64,000 bases of DNA from Heterostelium pallidum (GCF_000004825.1 NW_008805103.1:55941-119940); one strand, 5' to 3'; shown: positions 52,944 to 64,000, counted from the stretch's first letter. Numbers and translations: made by a program. The notes: generated from the sequence alone by a model not told the origin.

Positions 52944-53047
52944 AAAGATCTATCTTAGAATATATTTATTTGTTTCTATAACAAATAAATGTATTACTGT
53001 TTGATATTTTGATACCTCTGTCCGGTTTCATAGATTTTTGCTGTACT
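52944..53047. repeat. Right copy of the 104 bp inverted repeat. About 1.35 kb of AT-rich noncoding DNA lies between the two copies.
   Basis: See the left copy: 103 of 104 identity in inverted orientation. Confidence 0.9.
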
Positions 53048-54060
53048 GCTCTGACCCATATTTCCATACATTCTTTAATTGTCGAGCAGTTATGCACAGA
53101 TTCAACCTTAACACCATTCTTGACTCCTTACAGCTTTCAGGTGGTCAACGATTCGATTGGACTATGGAAGACGCGTATCAGTTGGTTAGAAGAAAGGACA
53201 ACATCACTACTCTCGTTTCACTTGTCTTTCATCAAATCTGGAAATTCTATTGTAAATCCTATTTTGGCGGTACTCCTCTCCACGATAACAACCTACTATC
53301 TAATGAATCTATCATTAATGAATATATACAGCACTTATCAGTAATGAAATTAATTAAAAATAACAGTATCAGTAACTTACAATCCAAACTTAAATAACCA
53401 ATAACCAATCAAATGTCAACCAACTATTATTTCCTCTTCTTCATTTCTTCATTTTCAAATTAACCAATTCAATCATCAGTATTCTCATCAGCTTAACAAT
53501 CTATTAATATCAATAACTAAAATAATTATAATAATAATCAAAATAGCAATCAATTGCAGAATTATGAAAAAGTAAAAACTGTAAAAAAAAAAGAAAAATT
53601 CGATGGTTTACACCATCCCAATATATTACTTAATAAATCAATTTTTACTTCTTAAAAAAAAAAAAAAAAAAAAAAAGGTAAGAGAAATTTCATGTCCGCC
53701 TGCTGTAAATAACTCCATCGTTTAATTAAGAAAAATTAAAAACTATAATAATAAGACAATTAAAAACGATTAAATAATTCGAATGATAATAATATACTTT
53801 TTTTGAAATTTTAAAAAAAAAAATCTTTTATTTATTTCGAATTCAAGTAAGTAAGTAAATCAATAATGGTCTTTCTTTATTGAATGTATTTGTTAAAAAA
53901 AGTTGATTTTAACCAGTATCTTTTAAATGGTAAGAGAAGAAAAAATTATATAGACCAGATTATTATGAATGATATTTTAAAACAGAGTATATTTTTCCAA
54001 GTGTGAAATCAAATTTTATATTTACTAAATTTGGGCATGTTTTCTTCAAAGACCATCTCC

Positions 54061-55009
54061 TCAATGTTCCAATCGTTGTTCCTCTCTGAGCAATGGTACA
54101 TCTCCAGGTATTTCTGGAATCGTGATGTCTTTTATTGTCCAAGACCAAAATTTATTATTTACTATCTTTTCTGTGTCACCTTCGACAATTCCAAAATCTT
54201 CGTTATAGAAACGGGATAAAAGAACAATGTTATCCATTTCTAAGCGACTAAATCAGACAGTTAAGTTAAAATTAATTAGATAATCAAATTATGATATCAC
54301 CTACATTCTATTGTTTGGAAAGTTGGGTGGGAATGTACCCAATTTTGCGGCTATGACTCCAACCGCCTCATTAGTGTACCATCGATAGTTTCCAACGCCA
54401 GGAACTGATTTTAGAATTGGCAGATAGTTCATCATTTGGACCGATATGAGAGTATTGTGAGCTCGACGATCTCTGTTCGAGATTTTTACAAGTGATGTTG
54501 GTATTAAATTCACTATTGGCATAACTTGGTCAAGTTTGTTGATCAAAAGATTGACGTTGTTGTTAGTTGTGTTTGTAATATTAATTAACTCATGTAATTG
54601 AACTGTAATATTATTGATGTTGTTGTTCATTATGTTGAAGTCAGGTACAATTACGTGCTCATTATCTTTAACAACTTGTAAATACAACAAACATATTTTA
54701 AATAAGCAAAGAGTAATCGATATCATAACTGGTAGTGTACTTACTATTTGTTAAAATCTTGTGTCTCTTCACCATAGATCTTTGAATATCTACATTGGGT
54801 ACATTTTCATTTGTGAGATCAAGGTTGCTGCATTCTATTGATTTGTTATTATAAAAAGAAGATTATACATAGATTTTATTAAAAGTTATCTTACCTTTTT
54901 TGCGCTTAAGGCAAAATAATTCCTTCGTTGCTTTCTCAAGATTTTCAGTTTGTTCTTGGGTGATTTGAATGTTTTCGTTTACAGGTGGAATAACGAAATT
55001 AACATTCAT
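54061..55009 (-). CDS. Hypothetical protein of about 270 aa. Four exons at about 55009..54895, about 54827..54741, about 54688..54307 and about 54244..54061.
   Basis: The spliced translation is MNVNFVIPPVNENIQITQEQTENLEKATKELFCLKRKK/ECSNLDLTNENVPNVDIQRSMVKRHKILTN/IVKDNEHVIVPDFNIMNNN...NYRWYTNEAVGVIAAKLGTFPPNFPNNR/IRLEMDNIVLLSRFYNEDFGIVEGDTEKIVNNKFWSWTIKD...EH*. The exon joins keep phase with GTAAGA, GTAAGT and GTAGGT donors. I do not recognise a family. Confidence 0.5.
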
Positions 55010-55302
55010 AGTGAAACTTTGTGTGTTTAACTATTGGGTTCGAATTAAATAACATGTTTGTTGTTGAGTTGTAAAATATAAATATGTATTGAATTAAAAG
55101 ATTGTAAAAAATTTGAAAAAAATAATAGATTAATTAAATTTTAAATAATAAAATAATTTATTTAATCAGTTCAATATTGAATAATTTGGATTGAAATTTT
55201 ATTGAAGATGAGTGTAAATATATAGCTATCCAAAGTAAAACATAATTATTTTTAAATATTTATATTTTATTAAAAAAAAGTAATAGTAGAAAATATTAAA
55301 GG

Positions 55303-56343
55303 TTATCTTCCAACTCTATAATATTTCATCATTTGAACTAACATTACTAAAACAGGTGGTACATCACCCTCACATATCCATTCACCACCGGATGCAGAAA
55401 CCAAAAAGTGACGTGACCAAGTCCATGTGAATTGCTGTCGCATCGGATAGCTATCCACTATGTAGTTGCGCTGTGACGGCTGATACAGATACTTCAGATA
55501 GGTCTCCTTAGATGACTCACCGTACCATGTCAACCAGACACCATTCCACCGGCCATGACCAAGCGACAGTTGACTGTGTTTCGATGGAGTCAGCTTGCAG
55601 CCGTCCCACTGGTACTCGAGTAGGTCAGCCCAACTCTGGTTAGTCAGCTTACCGTCATGATAGTGCCACTCCTCGTCACCGAATCGAAATATTCCACCTT
55701 TGTAACCGCTCTTAAAGGTTGATAGCAGCTGCTCTTTCACTTGCAAGTCCATCACCGATTTGAAATTGGAGTGTGTGACACCGTCGATTGCCAACACCCA
55801 TTGAATTAAACTCTCATTGCTCTCCACACTGAACACCAAGTTATTCCTTGAGGATTTCGATGATGACGACAACGATGATGATCTTGAAGATCCACTACTA
55901 CTGGAACTGGTTCGAATGTTGTTTGAAATTACCCAATCCTCCTGGGCATCGCCACCACTGCTAGCACCGTCAGTCTCTACAAAACTCAAAGTAAAACAAT
56001 TTGGATGACCTTCTTTTATCTGTGGAGTAATTGTAATACTTGTCATATCACTAATTGATTTTCTACCCAACAATTGATCCTCCTATTGGTTTTTGTTTTG
56101 TAATAAGAAATAAAAGTTAGATTAACTAATCAATTGAATAAACTATAAACATATTATAATATTACTTACTTTTTCAGAAGAATAAATTAATAATTCAGAG
56201 TGTTTTAAAACTATCCATTTGTTTGAAAATTTAGATCCCAAAGATCGATTCTTTTTCTTTTGCAACTGTCCTTTCTTATAGATTGTAGATCCAAGATATT
56301 GCTGAACACCAGAACCTTGTCCCATTGTAATAGTCATTTCCAA
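55303..56343 (-). CDS. PH (pleckstrin homology) domain protein with a conserved Trp-rich C-terminal domain of unknown function. Two exons at 56343..about 56164 and about 56085..55303.
   Basis: Exon 1 reads MEMTITMGQGSGVQQYLGSTIYKKGQLQKKKNRSLGSKFSNKWIVLKHSELLIYSSEK. Exon 2 reads DQLLGRKSISDMTSITITPQIKEGHPNCFTLSFVE...NNLVFSVESNESLIQWVLAI. Together they have a PH-domain signature (basic patch, W, and the C-terminal helix E..W..AI). The donor is GTAAGT and the acceptor is CAATAG. Confidence 0.65.
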
Positions 56344-56450
56344 TGGAATTGATGGTACTTCTGATGGACATATATTTGTTTTTAAAAACTAAATAATAAT
56401 TAAATAAGTTAGTCATTATTTGTTAAAAAATATTACTATTATTATTATTA

Positions 56451-57686
56451 TTATACCTTTGAAATACATTGTATTATTGTATTTAAAACATGAACTCTCT
56501 TTATGCTTGACGCCTTATTGATTTCCAATTTTAAATTCATTGTTTTTCTTGCCAACAAGAATGTCTTTCGTTCGATTTCGTCACCACCTGTGAGAGAGTC
56601 AAATTCAGAATCTACATCGGTCGATTCGATTCCAAAGTTAAATTGTTTCAAGATCTCTGCCATCACAGCCACTTTGTGTTTGATTTTACACTTTTTGTCA
56701 AAGATGTCCATCTCGTTCATCGAAAAATTAGTCTTGGTCTTCTCACCGAGTGTCTTTTGGCACTCACTTAGCATCACCAGAATATACTCAATGTCGGACA
56801 ATGCCTGTTGTTTGATCGACTCGATGGTCAGTCCCTGTGGAACCTCCCAGGAGTATTCGGTGGTCGGTATGCTGGAAATCAGTGTGACTCCATTGTGATT
56901 GTCTTTTTCTTGTTGTTGGTTGTGGTGGTGGTGAGTGGACTGCTCCTTTGATGATTTACCATTGCTGCTATTCATTGAGTGACTCAATCGATTAACTGAA
57001 CTGATAAAGAGTTCCGCCGATTCACTCAGTGGTGAATCGCTACTGTCGTCACTTAGCGACGAAGCTGAAGACGATCTACTATGATTGGATGAGAAATAAG
57101 ATGATGAACTGGATGATGAAGAACCTCCTCCACTTGTTGAACTACTATTGGTAATACTATTGCTATTGCTATTGCTATTGGAGGAACGAGATGACGATCC
57201 ACTTCCTCCCTTTTTGTTGCCACTACTGCCGGGTGTTGCCACTTTGACGGAAAGTGATGTGGTTGATGATTCTTGAACCAATTTTGAAATCGATCCATTT
57301 GATGTTGAGTTTGTCAATTGTTGATTCGTATTTCCATTATTATTGTTATTGTTGTTGCTATTGTTATTGTTGTTGTTATTATTTATACAATTTGATAGAC
57401 TACCAGCACTGCTGGAATTCGTAATGATTGGAATGGATTGATAACTAGTGTTTGTCGATGTAAAACTCTGACTATTAGAGATATTACTCGAACTACAGTG
57501 TAGATTCGATTCAGAACCACTGAATTTCTTTCTAAGAAAGTTTGGAACCATTCCAGATTTCTTTTTCTTATTTCCATTCAACGCATCTGGTGATTGATCT
57601 GATCCATCATGACTTTGAATAAAAGCTAATGAATGAGAACTATTTTCTTTTCTCTGTGATATATCTGATATTGATGATGATTTCAT
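56451..57686 (-). CDS. Ser/Asn-rich low-complexity protein with a structured C-terminal region of about 130 aa. Single exon, 411 aa.
   Basis: The ORF MKSSSISDISQRKENSSHS... has poly-N and poly-S tracts typical of Dictyostelium. The C-terminus reads ...EYSWEVPQGLTIESIKQQALSDIEYILVMLSECQKTLGEKTKTNFSMNEMDIFDKKCKIKHKVAVMAEILKQFN... The flanks are AT-rich. I do not recognise a family. Confidence 0.5.
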   Translation of the reverse strand: MKSSSISDISQRKENSSHSLAFIQSHDGSDQSPDALNGNKKKKSGMVPNFLRKKFSGSESNLHCSSSNISNSQSFTSTNTSYQSIPIITNSSSAGSLSNCINNNNNNNNSNNNNNNNGNTNQQLTNSTSNGSISKLVQESSTTSLSVKVATPGSSGNKKGGSGSSSRSSNSNSNSNSITNSSSTSGGGSSSSSSSSYFSSNHSRSSSASSLSDDSSDSPLSESAELFISSVNRLSHSMNSSNGKSSKEQSTHHHHNQQQEKDNHNGVTLISSIPTTEYSWEVPQGLTIESIKQQALSDIEYILVMLSECQKTLGEKTKTNFSMNEMDIFDKKCKIKHKVAVMAEILKQFNFGIESTDVDSEFDSLTGGDEIERKTFLLARKTMNLKLEINKASSIKRVHVLNTIIQCISKV

Positions 57687-58269
57687 TCAAATTTACTAAT
57701 TCAAAATAATATTAAATTTAAAAACCTAAGTCTAAGATCTACCTGTTAATTTTGGAAATTAATATTTATAGATAAAATTTAGTGAGGGAGAGAAATATAG
57801 TAACTTTATTTTATAATGTTATGTTATGTTCTCATTCACTTAGAAAAAAAAACAAATGAAAAAAATGAATGAATTAATGAATGAATGTATTTAATTTGTG
57901 GAGTGGAGCATAAATGAAAGTTAATTAATCAAACTGGCTAGTAATCAAATTTGTGTTTATGTTTTTGTTTTTTTTTGTTTGGAAATACATCATTCAATTT
58001 TTAATAAATCAAAAAGAGAGAGAGAATGAGAATGAATGAATGAATGACAACAGTTACAATCATCACAATAGATAAGCACATTTTTATATAGAATAAACTA
58101 TTTCTTTATTTGGCATAATAGATGGAAACAATAGAAAGTGAGCAGCTGCTGTGTATCAATTAATTAATGTTAAAATATTTGTTTTGTGGTATACCACAAA
58201 TTGATGGCGCCGACTTGATGGGAATTGCAGATGCATAAAGATGTTGTTTTTTGTTTTTGATACATTGGT

Positions 58270-58440
58270 GATGAGTGACTAAGCGATAAGTTATTAGTAG
58301 TGATGAGTGTTGAGTGTTGAGTGATGAGTTTTGAGTGTTTAGTGAAAAGTGAGAAAAGTGGTCGTAGAAAAGAAACTGAGAGTGTACTGTCGGGGTGGAT
58401 TGGATTGGATTGGTGGGTGTGAGGTGTTATTGATAAATGA
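58270..58440. promoter_or_regulatory. G/T-rich (CA-rich on the other strand) element cluster in the 3.3 kb intergenic region upstream of the minus-strand Ser-rich gene. It is a candidate G-box/GBF-type developmental promoter element.
   Basis: TGATGAGTGTTGAGTGTTGAGTGATGAGTTTTGAGTGTTTAGTG at 58300..58345 and GGATTGGATTGGATTGGTGGGTGTGAGGTG at 58398..58427. A second G/T-rich patch sits at 59322..59395 (TGTGTGTGTGTCTGAG...GGGTTAGGGTGTG). Dictyostelium G-box binding factor recognises G/T-rich motifs of this kind. Confidence 0.3.
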
Positions 58441-61067
58441 AACACAAAAATCTATTAATTAAATATATATTTATTATTTTTAATTGTTTATATATTATTT
58501 CATTTTTGTTGATTTTTTTTTATTTAATATTTGTGTGTTTTGATTGGTTAATTAATGGATGGACTTTATTTGATTTTATTTTATTTTTTGGTGTGGTAAT
58601 AACTAAATAAATAATATTGGTAATTATAATAATAATAAACACAATCCAAATAAAAACAAAAAAAATTCTTAACTTACTGTATAATTTAATATGATTGATT
58701 GTGCTATTATTTCTTTTTTTTTTTTTGAATTTAAAAAAATAGTGATATGGTGGATGGACTGGACTGATTTGATTAATTTGATTGATATAGATTATATTTT
58801 AATCTATTTAAATAAATATTATTACGAGGTAAACTACTAATAAAATCTATGGAATACTATCTATAAATTGAATTTTATTTATTAAATATATATGTACACA
58901 TAAGTTTGTTGGGTAATTGGTTTTTGTTTAAATTTATTTAATATTGGAAAAACAAAAGTGATTCGATTACTATTACTTGATAAAATAAAAAATAAAGTGA
59001 TACTGTAAAAAAAAACTTGGGAATTAAAAGATTATTATTATAATCACTTGATTGTATATTTAGGAATTATTTGTACTTAATTTAAAAAATTAATTTTTGT
59101 ATTAAAAACAAAAAAAGGAAAGAAAAGAAACAAAAGAAACAAACAAATGGATATATAATGTAATTTATAAAGTAGCTTCATATGGTTAGTAATTTAACTT
59201 ATATATAAATAAAAATGGTAGAGCTGGTGTGGTGATTGAGTATGCAGAAAGGAATAATATTTTAATCATGATGTTAAGGGGGTTATGAATGAATATAGTG
59301 TATGGTAGTGGTGGTACCTGCTATTGATTGTGTGTGTGTCTGAGTTTATGTGTTATAGTGGGTTAGGGTGTGTTTTTAACATGCATGTTGAAATTGAATA
59401 CTATTGGTTGGTAAGTGCTATGTAGAATTTATTAAGTTAGATATTCGAGTCGATTAAACTCAAACTAATATCAATTGATAATGAACAATAAATAATGAAG
59501 AACATAAAAAAAAGAAGAAGAAGAAGAACAACAACAACATTTTGATAGAAACAATCAAATCAATCAAACAAACAAACAATCAAATCAATCAATCGCTGAA
59601 TTCCACCTCCCAAATCAGTACTAAGATCTTGATTGTTAGTTAATATATTTATTTATATAAATAATATATATAAAGTGAAAAGCAAAAAAAAAATATATTA
59701 ATGTGAAAGTGTGTATTGTTCAAACATATTTGTGTATGAGTGTGTGGTTTGATTTTGGTTTATTATTATTACTATTGTTATTATTGCTGTGCTGTTTGAT
59801 TGCTAATGATTGCTATATTATCTGACCAACCGATTATCAACAACACAACATATATATTGCATAACTCTAAAAAAATAAATATTATTTAAAACAACTCTTT
59901 TTCCTCTTATTTTATAATGATTTTATGGATTAAAACTTCAACAACAAGAACTCTACTAATCACATATATAGACATCCTATTTGAATCGTTGTTATATTTA
60001 ATTAAATATGATGAGAGATCTTTAAAAATTATACAAATTTTGAAGTCGATGATCAAAAAAAAAAAAAGTAAATATTTGATAATGCTTTTATGATGCTATC
60101 ATACCAAATTTATAAATATATATTAGTTATTATGCGAAATTAAACAGTAAACTGTTCATTGGGATTCGATTTGGTATAGGAAGCTGGGAACTTCCCTTAA
60201 GATAATCAGCTCAGTGGTTTCTTTGATGTATTGCTGTAGTCTGTATTTCTCTACTATGAACAAAAACACCTCTGTTTGATATCGTTGAAGTACGACAAAG
60301 AGTAACAAGCAATTATCAAGTATCTCCTAACTATATGTCCGATTCCACAGGTTGATGTTGTGTAATAGCTACTTGCTGCAAAGAAGATTCGGCAAGCAAT
60401 CAATATCGCTCAATCAAGTACAGAGTTTATTCTTGAATAAAACGCCCTATATAACCATCCCTCAAACAAACAAGTAGATCTCCTCTTAAAATCCCTTAGA
60501 GTATTCCCTTGATAAAACAAATAGAACTCGAGTACATTGTTATATATATTCAAATTACTTGACCTACATCTATATAAAGTCTAAATAATTCTCTCTTTCT
60601 TCAGTCCAGTATTCATTTAAATTAATTGGTGGTTTTTAAAAATTGTAGATCGCTACAAAGCTTTGCTAAAACAAAAGGTTTTTTTTTTTTTTTTTTTTTT
60701 GTTAATCTTAATCTTAATCACCCCACCAGTCCTTTTCAGATTTTCTTGGTCGAAAGTATCTTTTGGAATCATGATTCGGATACTTTGATTTTTTTATTTT
60801 TTGCTAAAATTGCCGACGATTAATAACGATCTTGGGAATTACAGGTATGATTTTTTTGGTTTTGGAAGAATAGTTGGTTGTCATTTATTTGGTGATATGA
60901 CATCGATAATATCTATTGATATTAAACTTTGGGAATACTTTAACATTTATAAATTAAAATGTACAACTATAAATATAAAAAACTCGATAAAGAATAAATC
61001 ATTTAAGTAAAATATACAAATATAAAAGATAATAATAAATAAATAAATAAATATTTAAAGAAAAAAA

Positions 61068-62945
61068 ATGAAAGTTATCTCTTTAGTTTTAGTAATTTTC
61101 ATCAATATAATATCAATTGGAGCAACTGATATTATGTGTTTTGTTGATTATACAACTGGAGGACCATGTACTCCAACTTCAACATTCCAAGCGTAAGTTT
61201 ATCTGTTTTTATTTATAGTTGTTGATTTGTAAACTAACTAATGAATGTATTTATTATAGAACTTGCTCAAAAATTTCAGATTGTAATACTTGGGCCTATA
61301 ATACTGTAAATACCTATCTGAGTGTTGAGAATACCTATATTTATATTCAAAATACTGGCTCATCAGGATATAATAGAGATTGTCCTGAATTGACATATCT
61401 ACCAGCGTCAAATTCTATTACATTCCAAGTTTTGGATGGATATACCGTTATTGATTGTCAAGGAAACAGATTCTTATCTCTAACAATGACCAATTATACA
61501 TATATCACATTTTCAAATATTGGATTCACCAATTCAAATGCTACAGGAAATCAATATGGTTTGTTTGATATTACCTATCCAACTTCCGAAGCCAGTCCAA
61601 CTATTAGTTTTATTAATGCCAATGTCAGTAATATTAAGAGTGTAAACAGTGGTGGATTCCTAAGAGTCTCCGATTTGAATGTCAATATAGTTGGCTCAAA
61701 CTTTACAAATTGCTACAGTGCTATGGAAGGTGGAGTTATCAAGTCAGACGAACTAAGTTTCAACAACAGTGTTTACATCCAGGACTCAACATTCACATCT
61801 AACGGTGCCTATCAATTTGGTGGTGCAATTTCAGCTCCAAATGTTTATGTACTCAACTCACAATTCACTAAAAACTCTGTTATCAGCTTTGGTGGTGCAG
61901 TCTACTCTACCAATTCATTCGTATCTTCATATTCCACATACATTTCGAATCATGCTGCTAATGGAGGTAGTGTTTACGCACAGATTTCCTTAATTGACAA
62001 CTCAGTGTTTAATTACTCATCTGTTTCATATGACGGTGGTGCCTTGTATTCTTTTAATTCGACTATTAACAACAGCACATTCTTTGGAAACTACGCAAAG
62101 AATAGCGGTGGATCTATTGTGTCTTTCTACAGCATCGGTATGGAGAGCACCAGTGTTTTGAATTCAAGTGCTGGAGTGTCAGGAGGTGGATTACTCGCTA
62201 ATGGTGTAGTCAATATTATCCATTGTGATTTCGATTACAACATCGGTGGTTATGGTGGTGCCATCTATTTAAACAACGGAAATACACTTTCCACCATCCT
62301 CAACGCCAGATTCAGAGGAAATACTGGTGACTCTGGTGGTGCAATTGTAAGTGGTCATACTGAATACAATATTTTCATAATGATAAATATTAATAACAAT
62401 ACAAATGTTATTATACAATGTTATATTTTTAGTATGCAGTTGGATATTATTATTATTTTATGTTAACTGAATTCAATAATAACGTTGCTCATTTCAGTGC
62501 TGGTGCAATCTTCTTTTATCTTACACCATATGAATTCTATGGTGGATACTATATCAACTCAACAAGTAATAGTAACCCTACTGTCGATCAAACATTCAAT
62601 AGTGAAGCTTTACCTTCTAGTTCACTCCCACATGTTTTTGTCGAAAAGATTCTCCTTACAAATGGAATCGAATATTATACACCATTAGTACAAGATAGAA
62701 GTAGTCAATATGTATGTGTTAACATTACTAAAATATCAAACTTTTTAATTACTTTTTTTTTACTAACTATTTTTTAAATGTAATAAATATTATAGGTGAA
62801 AGCATATGGAACTACAGGTAACTGTGTAAATGGTATTGCTGAGATTAATGTAGAAGGTGATGTTATAAATTGTAAATGTTTCAAAGGATACAAAGGTCCT
62901 GCATGTGGTCAGCATTCTCTCTTCAAACTATCATTAGATAACTAA
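61068..62945 (+). CDS. Secreted protein with Chlamydia-PMP-type (GGAI/FxxN) beta-helix repeats and a C-terminal EGF-like domain. Four exons at 61068..61192, about 61259..62349, about 62430..62711 and about 62795..62945.
   Basis: The signal peptide is MKVISLVLVIFINIISIGA. The repeats are ...FGGAISAPNVYVLNSQFTKNSVISFGGAVYS..., GGALYSFNSTINNSTFFGNYAKNSGGSIVSF and GGYGGAIYLNNGNTLSTILNARFRGNTGDSGGAIV. These carry the GGA[IVL] and F.N motifs of the polymorphic membrane protein repeat. The last exon reads VKAYGTTGNCVNGIAEINVEGDVINCKCFKGYKGPACGQH, which is EGF-like. The introns are GTAAGT...AG. Confidence 0.7.
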
Positions 62946-63688
62946 CTAACTAAAATAAACATAAACATTTAAAATAATTAAACCTATATTTTGATTGATT
63001 CATCTCTTCACCTCTCTAATTAAGTTCACCTTTCAAATAAAGAGAGAGATTAGATGGGTGGTAGTGTGAATATGAGGAGTGAAAACAATTTACTTCTTTT
63101 TTTTTTTTTTTTAATCTGAGTATTTGACTTCTACTACTCAAAATTTAATTTAAAACAGAGAAAAAATAAATAATCATTAATCTTAATCTTATTGTAACTT
63201 TTCTAGGACTTTTCGTATTCATCTATTTAAATGAGTAACACTTAAATCTTTTAAATCGCTGGGTTTTTCATCTTTTTTTCACTCATTATGCCGATATTCT
63301 TTGTAAATATCTTGGTATCTTTCGATGTTTTTTTATTTTTTTTCAAAAAATATTATTTTTTTTGAAGAAAATTTTACAAATTAAGAAAGTGCAAAATATC
63401 TACTGATTTTTTGATGATATCACCAAACAAATGACAACCATGACCTGTGGTGGAATTTAGTGGAACACCCGTTTTAGCTTCTATTAAAAAAAATATCTAT
63501 CACCCACACAGACAGGTCGAATATTAAACAACTATGTAGGGTCATTTATTATGATTTTTACAAAAAGGAATGTTTTCAAAAATAACTATAAATATAAATA
63601 AAATGTAATAAAAAAAAATAAAATCATTTTAATAAATTATACAAATATAAAGAGATATAATAAATAATAAATATATAAAAGAAAAAAA

Positions 63689-64000
63689 ATGAAAGTTATT
63701 TGTTTAGTTTTATTAATTTTCATCAATATAATATCAATTGGAGCAATTGATATTATGTGTTTTGTTGATTATTCGACAGGAGGACCATGTACTCCAACTT
63801 CAACATTCCAAGCGTATGTTTATCTGTTTTTATTTTTTCAATAATTATTAATTTGTAAACTAACTAATGAATGTCATTTTTTATAGAACTTGCTCAAAAA
63901 TTTCAGATTGTAATACTTGGGCCTATAATACTGTACATTCCAATCCAAGTGTTGATAATACCTATATTTATATTCAAAATACTGGCTCATCAGGATATAA
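63689..64000 (+). CDS. Tandem paralog of the PMP-repeat gene: its 5' end (signal peptide, first intron, start of exon 2), truncated by the window end.
   Basis: MKVICLVLLIFINIISIGAIDIMCFVDYSTGGPCTPTSTFQA, then a GTATGT intron, then TCSKISDCNTWAYNTV... This is about 90% identical in nucleotides to 61068..61320. The 70 bp of upstream promoter are also duplicated (compare 61001..61067 with 63641..63688). Confidence 0.7.

Larger units (their letters stand above)
51332..53688 (+). mobile_element. Retroelement-like insertion, probably a defective or truncated tRNA-gene-targeted non-LTR element, 41 bp downstream of tRNA-Asp. It ends in A24 and is flanked by a direct repeat of about 22 bp, a putative target-site duplication.
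   Basis: AGAAATTTCATGTCCGCCTGC occurs at 51311..51331 and again at 53683..53703, immediately after a 24-nt poly(A) at 53653..53676. The enclosed segment has no long ORF except a 119-aa fragment (53038..53397) and contains the inverted repeats listed separately. Dictyostelium TRE-type retrotransposons are known to target the flanks of tRNA genes. Confidence 0.5.

Noticed and set aside
1-64000. CRISPR arrays, rRNA genes and prokaryotic operons
   Set aside because: None are present. The repeats are eukaryotic microsatellites and homopolymers, with no repeat-spacer periodicity. Gene structure throughout is intron-containing and eukaryotic.

Overview
This window is a gene-dense 64 kb stretch of dictyostelid (Dictyostelium discoideum-like) nuclear DNA. 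It is extremely AT-rich between genes, has short AT-rich GTAAGT...AG introns, poly-Asn/Gln/Ser coding tracts and A/T homopolymers. I can support about 25 protein-coding genes on both strands, one tRNA-Asp(GUC), one FNIP-repeat pseudogene and one retroelement-like insertion next to the tRNA gene. The recognisable genes are: transketolase (3' end), Rab21 GTPase, a CABP1-family TerD-domain protein, a Roadblock/LC7-like protein, AP-4 mu, LSm3, a secreted Cys-rich repeat protein, an expansin-like protein, mitochondrial ribosomal protein L20, a large IPT/TIG+EGF type-I membrane protein, a giant vinculin/alpha-catenin-family protein, a small P-loop GTPase, XPC/Rad4, a secreted CDA-fold deaminase, a CEMIP/TMEM2-like G8 beta-helix protein, AP-2 alpha-adaptin, a large uncharacterised helical protein, a PH-domain protein, and two tandem PMP-repeat secreted proteins. 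The points most worth a second look are: (i) the tRNA-Asp locus, with a ~2.4 kb poly(A)-terminated insertion flanked by a ~22 bp direct repeat and containing 104 bp inverted repeats; (ii) a signal-peptide-bearing cytidine/guanine-deaminase-fold protein; (iii) an in-frame stop plus frameshift in a conserved part of the CEMIP-like gene; (iv) decayed FNIP-repeat and GTPase genes; (v) a secreted/cell-surface gene cluster at 8.8-18.1 kb that includes a Tgr-like IPT/TIG receptor; and (vi) several non-AT-rich noncoding islands that could be ncRNAs. There are no CRISPR arrays, no rRNA and no prokaryotic-style operons.
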